From Neocallimastix sp. 'constans' (taxonomy: Eukaryota): DNA of 64,000 nucleotides. A model generated the notes under the pieces. It did not search any database, was not told where the DNA came from, and was given only the letters and a program-made list of their open reading frames with translations. Position numbers and translations under genes: made by a program. Positions 38,135 through 52,230 of the stretch are shown here, one piece after another. How positions within the stretch are numbered: the stretch's first letter is position 1; every line of letters begins with the position of its first letter. The DNA is taken from NCBI GenBank assembly GCA_050613775.1, contig JBODTK010000151.1, positions 248,001 through 312,000 of the forward strand, read 5' to 3'.

Positions 38135-39066
38135 TGCAAAAGTTATAAATATAAAATAAAATAATAAATGTTTATACTTTTATAAAATTAAAGAAATAAA
38201 AATGGCAATAAATCTTTAAATTTTATTTGATTAAAAATGAATGAAATTTGTAATTGTATTCGACTTTTTGAATTTAATAATTTAATTAATTGATTTAAAT
38301 TATTTTATCATTAATTTTCTATTTTAATTGTCCTTGTATATATAATAAACTTAAATATTATTTTATTTTTTATCCAGCTGATGTTAACAATTACTTCTTA
38401 TAATTTGTTAATTATAATAATACAAATTTTTTTCATGAAAAAAAAAGAAAAAGAATGAAAAATAATTTTTAATTTAAATTAAATTGATTATTAAAATATT
38501 TATAAAATATGTATCTTTAAAATAAGTTATGATAATAATCTTTTATTATTCAATTTTTTTTGTTAAAATTATTAAATAATATTTTAATAAAATCTATTAT
38601 TTTTTTTATAATAATTTTTTTTTTTTAATTTAATTTTATGATTATTAAACATATTTTTAAAATCAATGTATTTTATGCATATTAATGATATTCACATGTT
38701 TTAATTTATTTTGATTAATGCTTTATTATATACAAGAAATATTTATTATAGCAAGTTGATATAAATACTATTTTCTTTATTATCAAATAAATTTTATACC
38801 ATGTTTAAAAAAAAAAATTAACATTTGAAAATAATTATTATAAATATATTTTATTTTATTTATTATTTTTTTTTTATAAATTTTAACTTTGAATAAAATA
38901 ATTAATTTTATTATTTCTTTATTAATATATTAAATTAATGAAAATAATTTTAAAAGAAGAATACTAAATAAATGATTTTATCTTTATTTTAAATAATCAA
39001 TAATTCATATATTATATTATAGAATATATTAATAGATTAATCACTCATATATATATATCAAACAGT

Positions 39067-39491
39067 CTAGTTCCTTCTCATAAGTAAATATATATATTTT
39101 CCTACTTCATTATTTTGCAAATGAAGAAAATTGCCCTCAATGCATATTGAAAAACCATATGAAACATTTATAGCACTGAATGATAAATATATAAATCAAT
39201 TTACAAGAAATTAGAAATAAGTATTAATTTAAAAAATACTAATTTCCTTACACTTTTGATCCATTAGAATCATCATATTTAAAAACTTTTCCATATATAG
39301 CGTATTCATAGTCATCTGTCAAACTACTTTTTGAATGGTCTCTTCAGGTTTCGACTTTTTCTGTCATCAAGAGATAAAGAAGATGCCAACATTACAGCAT
39401 ATTAATCACCGATTTCAATTATGTATATTGCAGTGCTAACATTTAAAGTTAGATCCATTTCATAATTTCACTTCTTCCTTGAATTCAAAAA
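39067..39491 (-). pseudogene. RPB8: RPB8 (RNA polymerase I/II/III common subunit RPABC3) pseudogene retaining an intron
   Basis: The minus strand reads IQGRSE/(frameshift)NYEMDLTLNVSTAIYIIEIGD*YAVMLASSLSLDD...SSLTDDYEYAIYGKVFKYDDSNGSKV, then intron 39251-39176 (GTAAGG...CAG), then AINVSYGFSICIEGNFLHLQNNEVGKYIYLLMRRN*. Premature TAA at 39402-39404. The N-terminal exon was not found. Confidence 0.85.
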
Positions 39492-39854
39492 CTGAAAAGC
39501 AATGAGAATTTCTATAAGTTATTTTGAAGTAATAATTATTTTTCAATATTTTAAATATTTCAAATTAATATTTATTTAATTTCTAATTAATTGTATTATT
39601 GTTTTGGAGTTTGATGATAACTTATTTATATTATTGTTTTAGAATTTGAGTTTTTTTTAACATTAACATTAATTAATTTTATGATACAAAAACAACGAAA
39701 ATAAATTTAGAATATACTATTTAAAATATACTATTATTTTTTTTAGCAGAATGAAATTTTGAAAAACTTTATAATTACATATATAAATTTTAATCTTTAA
39801 ATTTTGATTGTACAATATAAAAATATCCTAAAATGAAAATATTAAAAGTAATAC

Positions 39855-39885
<31 letters not shown>

Positions 39886-41348
39886 CATTTCCTTATAAAA
39901 TATATTAAACAATAACATTAATATATATAATATATAGTATTATTATTATATAAGAACATATTAATATAATTAATAATACAGTATTATCAAATATGATGTT
40001 TTATTTTATTTCATTTTATACGTCTGACCTTCCTTTTTTTTATACAAAAATTAAAGATATTTATATATTTAATATATATGAGATGGTGTTATGATTAATT
40101 TGTATTAATTTATGAACTATTCAAAAAATTTAATTATTAAAGATTTTTTTAATAATTTTACAGTGCTTAATAATTAAATATTTTTCAAAATTTTAGTAGA
40201 AATTTAAATATAATTAATAATAAAAAATAATTATTTGAATTTTTTTTATTAATTTTTATATTAAAATACTTTTTTTAATTATAGACATAATTATTATAGT
40301 TATTATTATTAAAAATTGTGAAGTTTGGTTTAATATTTCAAATTACATGTTTTTATACTTTTGAGATGTGGCTTATAATAAATTTACATATAATATGTTT
40401 CAATATTTGAAGTTTATTTCTCATTATTTCACATATTCTAACAATTATTATTATAATTATTAATATACAAATATTAGAATTAATATAAATAAACCTTCAA
40501 AATATAATTTCTTTGTTTTTCTTTAAAATCATTTTTTACTATAAATATATTATTATTATTAATTATAATTCATTTCTTGTTTTTATATTTAATTATTTAT
40601 TTACTATAATATGTAAAAGGTATTTTATAATTTTATTAACATTTATTATTTCTTCTTTCTTTTATTTAATTTTAATTGAGGTGGTAAAAACTAACTCTTA
40701 TTAAAATTATAAATGTTCTTGTTGAAATTATAAATGTACAAAATATTTAACAATTATACTTTTTAATATATCTATAATATTTTTGTATAAATTAAATTTT
40801 TAAGACATGAATTAAATTAAGAAAAGATATATAAATGAATTAAATGATCCACTTAATTTAATATATTATTAATATACATTTAATTGTAATTTATTATTAA
40901 TATACAATATTTTTTAAAATGGTGATTTAATCAAATAAAAATAAGAAAAAAGTTTAAATTTTTATTTATTAAACTTTTTCTCATTTATAATTTAATAAAA
41001 TTAAAATGTAAATAATATTAATTTATATATTAAAGAGAAATTAATTTTAAATGTTTAAAAGTTGATATAATTTCCATAGTTATTAATTCTGTGTTTTATA
41101 ATTATATTTTTAGTAATTCATTTATCAATAATAACAGTAATAATAAAATAGCAGATATTAAAATTTTAAGAGAATAAAAAAATATAGAAGTAGTAAATTC
41201 TAATTATTAAGATCATTAAAATCAATTTAGAATAAAAATTTTTATACCCCAATATAAGATATAACAAAAATACTTTTAAAATTTAAATTTAAATTAATTA
41301 TTATTTTTTTTTTTTAATATAAAACAATAGATTTTAATATATTTTAAT

Positions 41349-41572
41349 ATGTTTATAGAAGGACAAAGTATTCTTAATAATAGCAATCAAAATGAAGTAG
41401 TAGATAATCGAATAAAAAAAAAATATAAAATTTGAAACAAGTTAAATCAAGTATTTTATTACCACCAGATACACTTCAATTCAATATAATTAAAAAAGAT
41501 ACAATAAAGCCATAAAAATATAAATATTAAACTCTATATAATATTTATTATAAATTTTAATTAATAGAAATT

Positions 41573-41626
<54 letters not shown>

Positions 41627-42613
41627 TTAATTATATTTATATCAATTAATGAATTCATAAGTAAAAGTTGAAAATAAAATTATAATAAGAACTAGCAATG
41701 AAAATAAAAATTATGAGAAAGAAAATATAAAAAAAAATGTAATGAAAACAAAAATTTAAAAAAAAAAATTATCAAAAATTTAAATAATAGAATAAATAAT
41801 GAAAATGAAATAAAATGTTGAATAACAATGAAATTTCAGTAGATAGTGATAAAGAAGACATAATTAATAAAAATGGAACATTAATAAATTCCAATATTCA
41901 AAATAATAATGATAATTCATTATGTAACCATAACATTAAAATAAAATTATATTAAAGAAGAACAAAAAAAAGAAAATAAATTCAATAAATAAAAAAAATA
42001 ATAGAAGATAATAGAAATATATCAAATGATCCAATATTGAAAAATAAAAAAAAAGTAACTCATGAAAAGATTCTTCTTTAAATAAAGATAATGGTAAATT
42101 GAAAGAAACGAAAAAAGTTGTGGTAAGAATGAAAAAACAAGAAAAACTTCAAAAAATGTCTAGAAGCAATATTAATATTTACGATTAATATTTACATAAA
42201 TATAACTCGTTCATACAATTGCATCCAAGAGTCTATCCATTTTTGAATCCTGTAAATCCAATAATTTTGAATATACCTGATTATTTTTCATAATAAGAAT
42301 TCTATGGATTTATCAACAATTATGAAAAAAATAAAAAATAATAGGTATAAAAGTATAAATGATTATATTAGTGATATTGAATTAATGTTTAATAATTGTT
42401 TTACTTATAATCCGCCAACTAATTCTATTCATATTGAAGGTTTAGCTTCAAAAGATTATTTTATTGAACAATTGAGAAGGCTATCACCGGAAGTTCAAGT
42501 ATTTTTTAAAATAATAACAAAAGAAAACGGAGATGAATATTTACATATTAATGGTAAAAAACCCAAAAGACAAATTAAAATGGTTCAACATCTTGAACTA
42601 GAGTCTTGTAAAT

Positions 42614-42659
<46 letters not shown>

Positions 42660-42715
42660 CACATAAAAATAATAAATTGATATTAAAAGAATATAAAATT
42701 TCAGTTGAAAGTATG

Positions 42716-42781
<66 letters not shown>

Positions 42782-44290
42782 AAATTTCCTACCAATAATC
42801 AAGTTATATTTAATAAATCAGATTCATCAGATAAAATAATAATATAAAACCAATTAAATATTGGAAGATCATTTTAATAGAAAACATGATAATGATAAAA
42901 CTACTATTAAAAATTTAATAACTTCAGGTGCAACAAAAATTGAAGAACCTCAAAAAAATAAAAGAAGATGATGATAATAAAAATGAGGAAGAGCAAAATA
43001 CAGAAGATAATTAAATGATAGAAAATGAAGAAGAAGAAAAAGAAAATGATAACGAAAATGAGGAAGATTCAAATAATTTAAATCATAATCATAAAGCAAA
43101 TACATTAATAAAGCAAGCCAGAAGATTTTGTTAAAAATTAATTCAAGAAATACTTTTACAAATTTATAAATATTTAAACGTATACAAATAGGATAAGTAA
43201 ACGACCTACAAAATCAAAATTATTGAAAAGTATGTCAAAAAACACAATCTTTATCATTTTTAACAATGAATCAACTATATCATAATAATTATGAAAATTT
43301 AGTTGAAATGCAAATTAATACATTAGGAACATGTTTACAAAAAGTTACAAAGCAATTGGAGCTTTTATAAGTTCAGTTAAAAGCCAGAAAACTAAAGAAA
43401 AAGGTTAAATTTTTAGCAAAATCATTAAATATGGAAAAATATGACTTTCATACAGATTCTAACAGTATAGACGATCTAATATCACAAACAACTTTGCCGA
43501 CAAATGATGCAAATAAGGTATTAAAAAAAAATCTTAAGTGAAAATATTAAATAAAAAAGCAAAAGCAAGTTATATAAAAAATCAAAATCTATATATTGAT
43601 GATGATAATGATGAAATTGATAATAAAAAATATGATGAAGTAGGAGAAATATATGAAAAAGAAAATACAAGAAATATAAATAGAAAATAAAGAAAAAATA
43701 CTTTGAAGGAAAAATCATTAAAAAAGGAAATCAAACGACCAAAACAAAAAAATTCAAAATAAGAAGTTAAAGGGAGAAAAGGAATAACAAAAAATAGTCA
43801 AGAAAACCCTTATGATATTAAAAAGATTTGTGAATATTATGGTAATATTGATACTCCAATATGAAGAAGGGGACCAAATGGTAAAGGTACATTATGTAAT
43901 AAATGTGGAATAACATGGAAAGATGATAAAATTTATCAAAGCGAAGAAATACCATAAAAAAAATAATAGGAAAATAACCAAATGAGTAATAGATAGTTCT
44001 TTGATGCACTACCAACAAAAGAAAGTAAAGGATCTAAAACGAAGAATAAAACAAAGAAGGAAATTAAAAAGACTGTAAAAGTAAAATAAATAAATATAGA
44101 CAACAAAAAGTAACTGAAATAACCTATAATCAGAAAAAAGAATTGAGTGAAAGATTAATAAATTATCAGAAGAAAATATTAATGGTGTAATAGATATTAT
44201 TAAAAGTTCTATTCCAGATATAAACGATACACAAGAAGAAATTGAATTAAATATTGAAACAATTAATCCAATCACTTTATATATCATAAT
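41349..44290 (+). pseudogene. Decayed BET-family (BDF1-like) bromodomain + ET domain gene
   Basis: Bromodomain HPRVYPFLNPVNPIILNIPDYFS/(frameshift)MDLSTIMKKIKNNRYKSINDYISDIELMFNNCFTYNPP at ~42220-42420. ET-like KELSE/KINKLSEENINGVIDIIKSSIPDINDTQEEIELNIETINPITL at ~44135-44280. Many stops, indels and poly-A expansions lie between them. Start boundary uncertain. Confidence 0.8.
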
Positions 44291-45229
44291 TATAATTATA
44301 AATAATAATTTATAATTAATAATATTTTATATTTAGAAATAAGTAAATATATTTTTTTTATCTTTAATTATATTATCGCGTTAACATATCATTTATTAAA
44401 GTTTTAAAAAAGAAAATTTATTATTATTAAATTATAATATTATTAATTATATAATAAATATTATATTATTATTAATTCTATTTCAAAAAAAAAAAAAAAA
44501 AAAAAAGAATAAAAATAAAAAAAAAAATAATAATAATTATTATAATAATAATAATAATAATAAAATAATAGCAATAATAATTTTTTTTTATTTCATTATA
44601 TAATATATGCATAATTATTAAAAAATATCATTAGTAATTCTCTCATAAATATACTCATATATATTTATATATGTATATAAATATAAAATAAAGTATATAT
44701 TTATATATATACATAATATTCATTAATCATTATTCGTTATATATATATTTTTTTTTATTATTTATTTTTTATTTTTTTATTATAATTATTGGATATTAAA
44801 TACTTTAATATATAAAAGCAAATATACATAAATAATATTAGAATGAGACGTTTTAAATAAATGTAATATAATATTTCTATCTTGATAAAAATTATTTTTG
44901 GAGTATGACATTATAACAAAATTTATGTACAAATTACTTTAATTCTCTATATTCAATTTTTCTTTATCTACATATATATATATTTTTTAAAATTTTTAAT
45001 TTTATATTCTTAATGTTAATATGTTTTTTTTTTTCTTTTTTCTTTTTTTTCTTTTTTTTATATCTTATTTAACAATTAATTATTGCTCAAAGTATAAATA
45101 ATTTCTTTTATTCGTGATTATTGATATATTAATTTGTAATTAAATAAAAATTCTTAAAATATAGTATAACTAGTACTAACAAATGTAATAAAGTAAATAA
45201 AAAAATTTTGCTTTATTTTTATCTATTTA

Positions 45230-45335
45230 ATCTTAGTTTATGAAAGTCTAAAACTAACATATACTTTTTATTTTCCTTTTTGGTATAACAAAGATTTATG
45301 ATACACTTTTGAAATTAGGAAACGAAAATAATTAA
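45230..45335 (-). mobile_element. Possible highly degraded Ty3/Gypsy reverse transcriptase relic
   Basis: With one frameshift the minus strand reads IFVIPK-ENKKYMLVLDFHKL, resembling the Gypsy RT motif P(I/V)F(V/L)VPKK..G..R(L/M)V(V/I)DFRKLN. Short and ambiguous. Confidence 0.3.
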
Positions 45336-46354
45336 AAGAAATTCTCTAATATTTAATTAGTTGGTTACCTAGTAATTATTATGTCTGTCATTAGTAGCTC
45401 TCTAAATTTTCTTACTATGAAAAATATAATTAATAATTAATAAACTTCAACAATCAAGAAAGTTACTGTCATTCCAATATAATAAATAATAATTGTTATT
45501 ACAAGGTTATTACTAATCTTTGAAAATATACAACAAAGGTGTAGTTTTTCTACAAATTAAAAATCAATAGAAAATAAATCTTCTCATTATAATTCTCTTT
45601 CTTGACAGGAAAATTAAATAAATATTATAATGTTTTATATTTTATATATTTGTTCTTTATTGTTCATTTACTAATTTGTTTTATTAAATGTCTTTAGAAT
45701 AATTGTTCCTAAATCACATCACAATGTTGACAACATTATTACTATATAAAAATTTCTATATATGACCATTATATTACATCAACTATTTTAAAATTTTATT
45801 TAATTAATTTTATTTATTATATTTTTTATTATATTCTTAACATATTTTCATTTATAGTGTATTTCTTCTATAATAAGTAATTTATTATTATTACTATATA
45901 ATAAATCATTAAAAGTTTATTTTCCTCCACTTGTCTAGAAAAAAAACTTTACAGAAATTCTTAATTTTTAATAAAAAAAATTTTAAATATTATTATTTGT
46001 TAGGTTTTCAATTTTAAAAATTATTTAATAAATTTTTATTTGGTTGTTTTTATTAAATTATTTATTTTGTAATTTATTTATATATATTACAATATATTAT
46101 AATCTTTTTTTTTTCTTTTTTTTTTTTTTTTTTTTATCATAAAAAATTTTTTTATTAATACAAATTTAAAAATAGAAGTAAAATTAAAAATTTTTTTTTT
46201 CTCTTCATAAAATCTCTTTTATATTCAAATTTCAAAATCAAATCATAATATTTTGTATTTATAAGTTATTTTAAAATTTAAATATATAACAGTATAATTA
46301 AATTTATTCTACTTAATTATAATTGATTTATTAAAAAAAAAATAAATAAATAAA

Positions 46355-48152
46355 ATGGATAAAGTTCAAATTCAAAATAAAAATACCGAGCCCTTAACTT
46401 TTCTTCGTATTAAAAGAAAGAGAACAGAAGAATCACCAAGCACATTAAGTATTTATTTTCTCCAATATATAAAAATATATATTATATATATTATATATGG
46501 TTTTTTTAAAAAAAAATAAAATAAAATAAATAATATCTAAATAAAAATAAATTAATTTAAATTACATTTATTAAATCAATAGTTGTAAATGAAAGTGAAA
46601 ATGACTTACAAAGAAAAAAAATTAAAAAGGATACAAATACTAATAGAGGTACATATAAATATTTTTATAAAATGATAGTTATAAAAATATAATGATAAAA
46701 TAAAATTGAAATTTAGCTTAACTTAACTTAACTTAAAAATAGTATTTAAACTTGCTGATAGTTTTGATTTCCAGACATTTAAAGAGAAAGAAATCTCAAA
46801 AAAATTAAAGGTTTGAGAACATTTCTTATTCTAATAAATAATATTATTATTTAATTTAATTTAATTATTCAACAAATTAAAACAATTAATTTTATTATGA
46901 AATAAATGATTTATATATTTATTATTTTCCTTTTACTATTATATTTTTTATTGTTTAATACCCAGGAACATTTAACAAATATAGATATTGAAAAAAAATC
47001 GAATGGTTTGGATGAAGCAAAAACTGAATTAATGAAAAATAAAATAGTAATCCTTGAATTAAATTTTTTTTTTTTTATTTTTTTATTATTATTTTTATTC
47101 TTTACTCATAATATAAAAAAAATAAAACCTAAATAATATTTTAACAATTATTCATTTTTATTTAATATAATTATAACAAAAAACTCAATGAAAAAAAAAA
47201 AAATAATAATAATAATAATAATAATTAGAAAGAATCAAAGGCAGCAAGATACAAAGTCATTTCAAAAAATAGAGCTATGAAAATGTATAAGCATTTATTA
47301 TTAATATAATTTATAAATTGTTTTAAATTATTTTTATTAATAGCATACTAAATTCAAATAATAATAAATTCCATTAATTATGTATAATCATTTAAATTTA
47401 TTTATTTAGTGGAAATGATGATAATGATGAATATGAATTATATGATGTAGTCAAAGAAGATAGTCTTGAAGGGTATATAAATTATATAATATACTAAAAT
47501 ATAAATATTATATTAATATATTATCTTTCTTTTTATTTAAATTTATTTAATTTTTTTGATTTATCTATTAACATGATTTATATCAATTGATTATATCAAT
47601 AGTTTATTTTATGGAAGTAAAAAAGAAGAAGAGCTTATGTGCAATTTTAATAAAATGGTTAAAGAATACCTATCTGGTATATATATATATATATAATTTA
47701 TTAATTATAAAATTTTTTTAAAAAAAATTTTTTTCTGAATATATTTAATAATTATAATTTGTAGTTAGCAATAATAATGTACCAAGTGCAGCCGATAATG
47801 ATGATTCACAAGATAATTATGTATATGATTTATATATACCTGTTGATTCAGATAAAGTAACTGAAAATGATGATGCAGCTGCTTTGTAAGTTTGAAACAA
47901 AAAAAAAAAATTACATATAAAAATAGTTTTATTAATTTTCGTTATTATTTTTATTATCAACTATTTTTAATAATTTAAACAGAATTTGGGAAGAATTGGA
48001 TGATAATATATATGATTATAATGAAGGAGAAAATAGTAGTTATGACTCAGAAGATTCAAATGGTAAAATGTTTATATACATATATATATGATTAATAATA
48101 TATAATTATTAATAATCTAATCGTTTTTTTTTTTTTTTTTTTTTTCTATTAA

Positions 48153-48219
<67 letters not shown>

Positions 48220-48514
48220 TGTTTTAATTTATTATTGATATTCAAAAAAATAATTTAATATTTAATATAAAATAAATATATATATAGCCGAAGATTATTA
48301 CCAAAATGAATATCCTTCCTCCGAAGAAGATGATGGTGGTCTATATTCTTCGTCATCAGAAGAAGATGATGATGATGATGATGATTATGATAGTTACGAG
48401 GATGATTACCAAGACTTTAGAGGTTCATATTATCCTTATAAAAGAAATAATAATAATTTTTATAATAATTTTGAATATACCGAAGAGGATTATGATAATG
48501 ATTATGGTTACTAA
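46355..48514 (+). CDS. IWR1: IWR1 / SLC7A6OS-family RNA polymerase II nuclear import factor, multi-exon
   Basis: N-terminal PLTFLRIKRKRTEESP, then DNYVYDLYIP and YDSEDSN|AEDYYQNEYPSSEEDD (Iwr1 signature) and an acidic tail. About 9-10 small exons; absent from the ORF track. Confidence 0.85.
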
Positions 48515-48851
48515 AATAATTAATATTTAATTCTAAATAATAATACAATTAACCTATTGATATATTTCTTATCTATCTTATAATCAAGCAACCCTTTTTT
48601 TTTTTTTATATCATATCTTTAGAATAAATTCAAATTAGTTAGTATGCTAGTATTTAATAAAAAAATTCCATTTTAAATTTAAAAATTGATATAAATATTA
48701 ATAAACGATTTTTTCAAATTATTATTATAATAATAAAAAATAATAATAATAATTTTAATCAATAATTAAATTGTACTTTGACTATTATTAAATTGTTATA
48801 TAATTATATATATATTTTTATATTTTTATTCAAATATTACTTTCTTCAATA

Positions 48852-49066
<215 letters not shown>

Positions 49067-49072
49067 TACTTT

Positions 49073-49145
49073 AAACATATATTTGTCATAAAAACCTGTA
49101 TGTTTATTTTAATAATTGAAGCCAGTCACAAAAAATTTTAATGTA
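49073..49145 (+). repeat. Short internally deleted relative of the 58.2-59.2 kb element
   Basis: AACATATATTTGTCATAAAAACCTGTATGTTTATTTTAATAATT matches 58443-58487 almost exactly. It is followed by AAGCCAGTCACAAAAAATTTTAATG, which resembles AAGCCTTCCACAAAAAAATATTTAATG at ~59214-59240. Confidence 0.6.
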
Positions 49146-49528
49146 ACCATTAGAAATGTATAAATTAAAAATAGATTCTACCAATAATAGAATTTTAATC
49201 AAACCTCTAGGATATTCTCTATTCATAATAAATTTTTTTTTATTAGTTGAAAACATTTCAAAAAAATAATATGGTTATTAGAATTTTTTCATATAAATAA
49301 AAATAAAAATTGGACACTTTTTCAATATATATTATATAAATATTTTTTTAAATAATATATATATTTCCAATAAAAAAATATTATTATTAAAAATATTATT
49401 ATGGAATTGTTTTATATTTCATATGGAATTGTTGGTATCAAAGATGAAATTTAGTTTTATTATTATTACAAATATATATTATATTTATATCAATTTTCAA
49501 ATTGACATTTTTATATTATATCATATGT

Positions 49529-49530
<2 letters not shown>

Positions 49531-49561
<31 letters not shown>

Positions 49562-51467
49562 CTAAGAGAATAACTTTATTTAATTTATAATATAAATACA
49601 CGATTTAAATGAAAATAAAAAAAAAAAATACATGAAATGCAATATTATATATTATATAATTATCATTATAAAAGTGCGTTAGAAGTAATAGCTTCTAACT
49701 TTTCCCATTCATCGATAATTACATCACGTCCATTATTGCTAGTAATAATTTCAGTATTAGTGTTATCTAATGAATCTGTATCAGATCTTTCATCGGGAGG
49801 TGAAAATCCATGCCTTATCATTGAGATGTCGACGCTCTTAGCAACGGTAGATTCAATAGATTCAACAGAATACCATTTTCATCATCAATCTAAAAAAAAA
49901 AGATCGACAAATTATAAGTATTACGTTTGTTAGAAACTCCGCAATCCTCACAAAATACGGAACAATCGACGAAGTTGAACTTTGTTTAAAAATATTGTCA
50001 ACTAATTGTCTTTGTTCATTATCAATAAGTTTAATTTTTTCATACATTGAACACCCTCCAAGAAGAGCACTCAATATAAAATAATAAATATTATTATCAT
50101 ATCCTTTTCTGAATTTAAAGAAACATCCAAGGATTTTTGTTCAATTATCATTGCAAACTTAAAAAAGAGATCATCTAGAAAAGGTAAAGATTTATTTCTG
50201 TAATTTTCCAATTCTTTATAGGCAAAGATCCAATGAGAAAAGCTAGGTACACTAACACTACAACAAGGGCAACATTTAGGGCAATCTTCAGAGATGATTT
50301 TTATTTTAATGGAAATACTAATGTCAAATTTAAAACCACACCTAATTCGAGAAATCCAAAAGAATCCTAATTGATACTTAGGATATTGAAATATTAAGTC
50401 TTTGATTTCTGAAATAAATACAAAATCATTCTCCTTGTAAATAATTGCTTTTTTAGCTTTTGAGGATTTGAAGACACCTCTTTCTCAATAAAACGTTTTT
50501 ATTTCACTTGTTTTCTTATCATTTAATTTCTTATCCAAAGTCCTTGATTCTTTAGTCCATGAGTAATGTGACATAGTAGGAATATCATTAGTGAAATGAT
50601 TAATAATACATGATGAGTTTTTCCATTTTTTAAAGCAGCGTAATTGAGATATAGAACAGATAGCTGAAAGAGGAGGTATTCTCAATTCACGAGTAATATC
50701 ATAGAGACTAACATAAGAATTACGAGATTTAAATCTATAGCTCAATAAAGTCCTCTGTTAATAATTTTTTGAGCTTTAAAGCATCTACTTTTTTTGAACC
50801 AAAAAGAGGTGCATAATATAAAACAAGACTAAAAATAAACGAAATTAAAACATATTTCTTCAATGGGAGAGAAATAGATTTATTAATAAGAAATCGAAAG
50901 TACGAGTTCAACTTGTCATTTAAATTACTGTTTAATTTGGATTATATAGCTTTCAATGATAAAGATTCATCAAAAGGAATACTAAGATAAGTATATTTGA
51001 CAGTTTTAGGTAATTTGTTACTACCAATAAAGAAAGATGGATCTTAGTAATTTATTGGTTTAACAAAGTTAATCGGTTTTACAACAAGAGAAGCACACTT
51101 ATTAATTCCAAAAGTCATTTCATTTTTAACAGTCCATCTATGAACCTTATTCAAAATTTTCTTAAGAGCTTGTTTAGATGGAGCATCTAAAACAATATCA
51201 TCGGCAAAAAGTCCACCACAACAATATTGAGATTCTAAATATACACCATACTTATCACAATCATCCAGTACATCATTAATGAATAAATTGAATAAAATAG
51301 GAGATAGAGGGCATCCTTGTCTAACACCACGATTAATCGAAAATTCTTCTGAGAGATTACCATTAAAAAAAGCACGAGCTTTAGAGGATAGATAAAGGTT
51401 TCTTAAAAACAGATGACATTTACCTCTGATTCCTAAGTTATATAATTTGGTCAAAATATAAAATATA
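49531..51467 (-). mobile_element. 5'-truncated, frameshifted non-LTR retrotransposon (LINE): RT domain, C-terminal Cys/His region, poly(A) tail
   Basis: RT motifs GVRQGCPLSPILFNLFIND, GGLFADDIVL, FGINKC and KYTYLSIPF, and C-terminal CPCC...SHWIF. The ORF is broken into several frames. The 3' end reads AATAAAGTTATTCTCTTAGTCT followed by ~28 A (poly-T at 49531-49558 on +). Confidence 0.92.
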
Positions 51468-52230
51468 TCATATCATATTTAATAGCACTTTATATACTTT
51501 AATAAATTAATATTTATTACATAAAAATGTACTATGATATAATAGATATAGTATAACCTTTTTACGTAGAATAAATCTTCTTTTTATTTAATTTTAGTAA
51601 TTGACTTTGTTAATATTAGATTATTAAATATTTAGAATATAAAACCACTTATCTAATATTAGCAAAGACAATAATTACAATATAATTAATGAAATAAAAC
51701 GATAAAAATAACATTAATTATAAATAAAAAAATAATAATAATAAAATAAAAATTATTAAATAATTTATTAAATTCATCTTTGTATAAAGAATAATTTATA
51801 CTGATGAAACATTATTATTAATTTTAATAATATTATTATTTTTGAAATAAAATTTTATATTTAGTTTAATTCATTGATTTATTATTATTATTATATAAAA
51901 ATTACACATATTACATATATTGTATTATAATATAATATATTATGAAATATTAATAAATTAAATTAAAAAATAAATATATTGAAATTGTTTATTTTCATTA
52001 TTTTTTTTTTTGTTATATATATATATATTATTTTAATGTAGGTTTAATTTGTTATTTTGTTTTTTATTTTTTATATATACTTAATTTGATTATGGTATTA
52101 AAATAAAACTTTTCAATTATAATAAAATAAAAGTCTTTAATATTAAATAATATAAATTTAAATATTGAAATAAAATAAAAGAAAAATAGTAAATAAATAT
52201 GATCTTGATCCAGATTTTTTAATAAATAAA

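Noticed and set aside
48306..48530. Met/Ile-rich 74 aa ORF, and the 62860-63060 ORF
   Set aside because: Alternative frames of the IWR1 last exon and a TRAP1 exon respectively.
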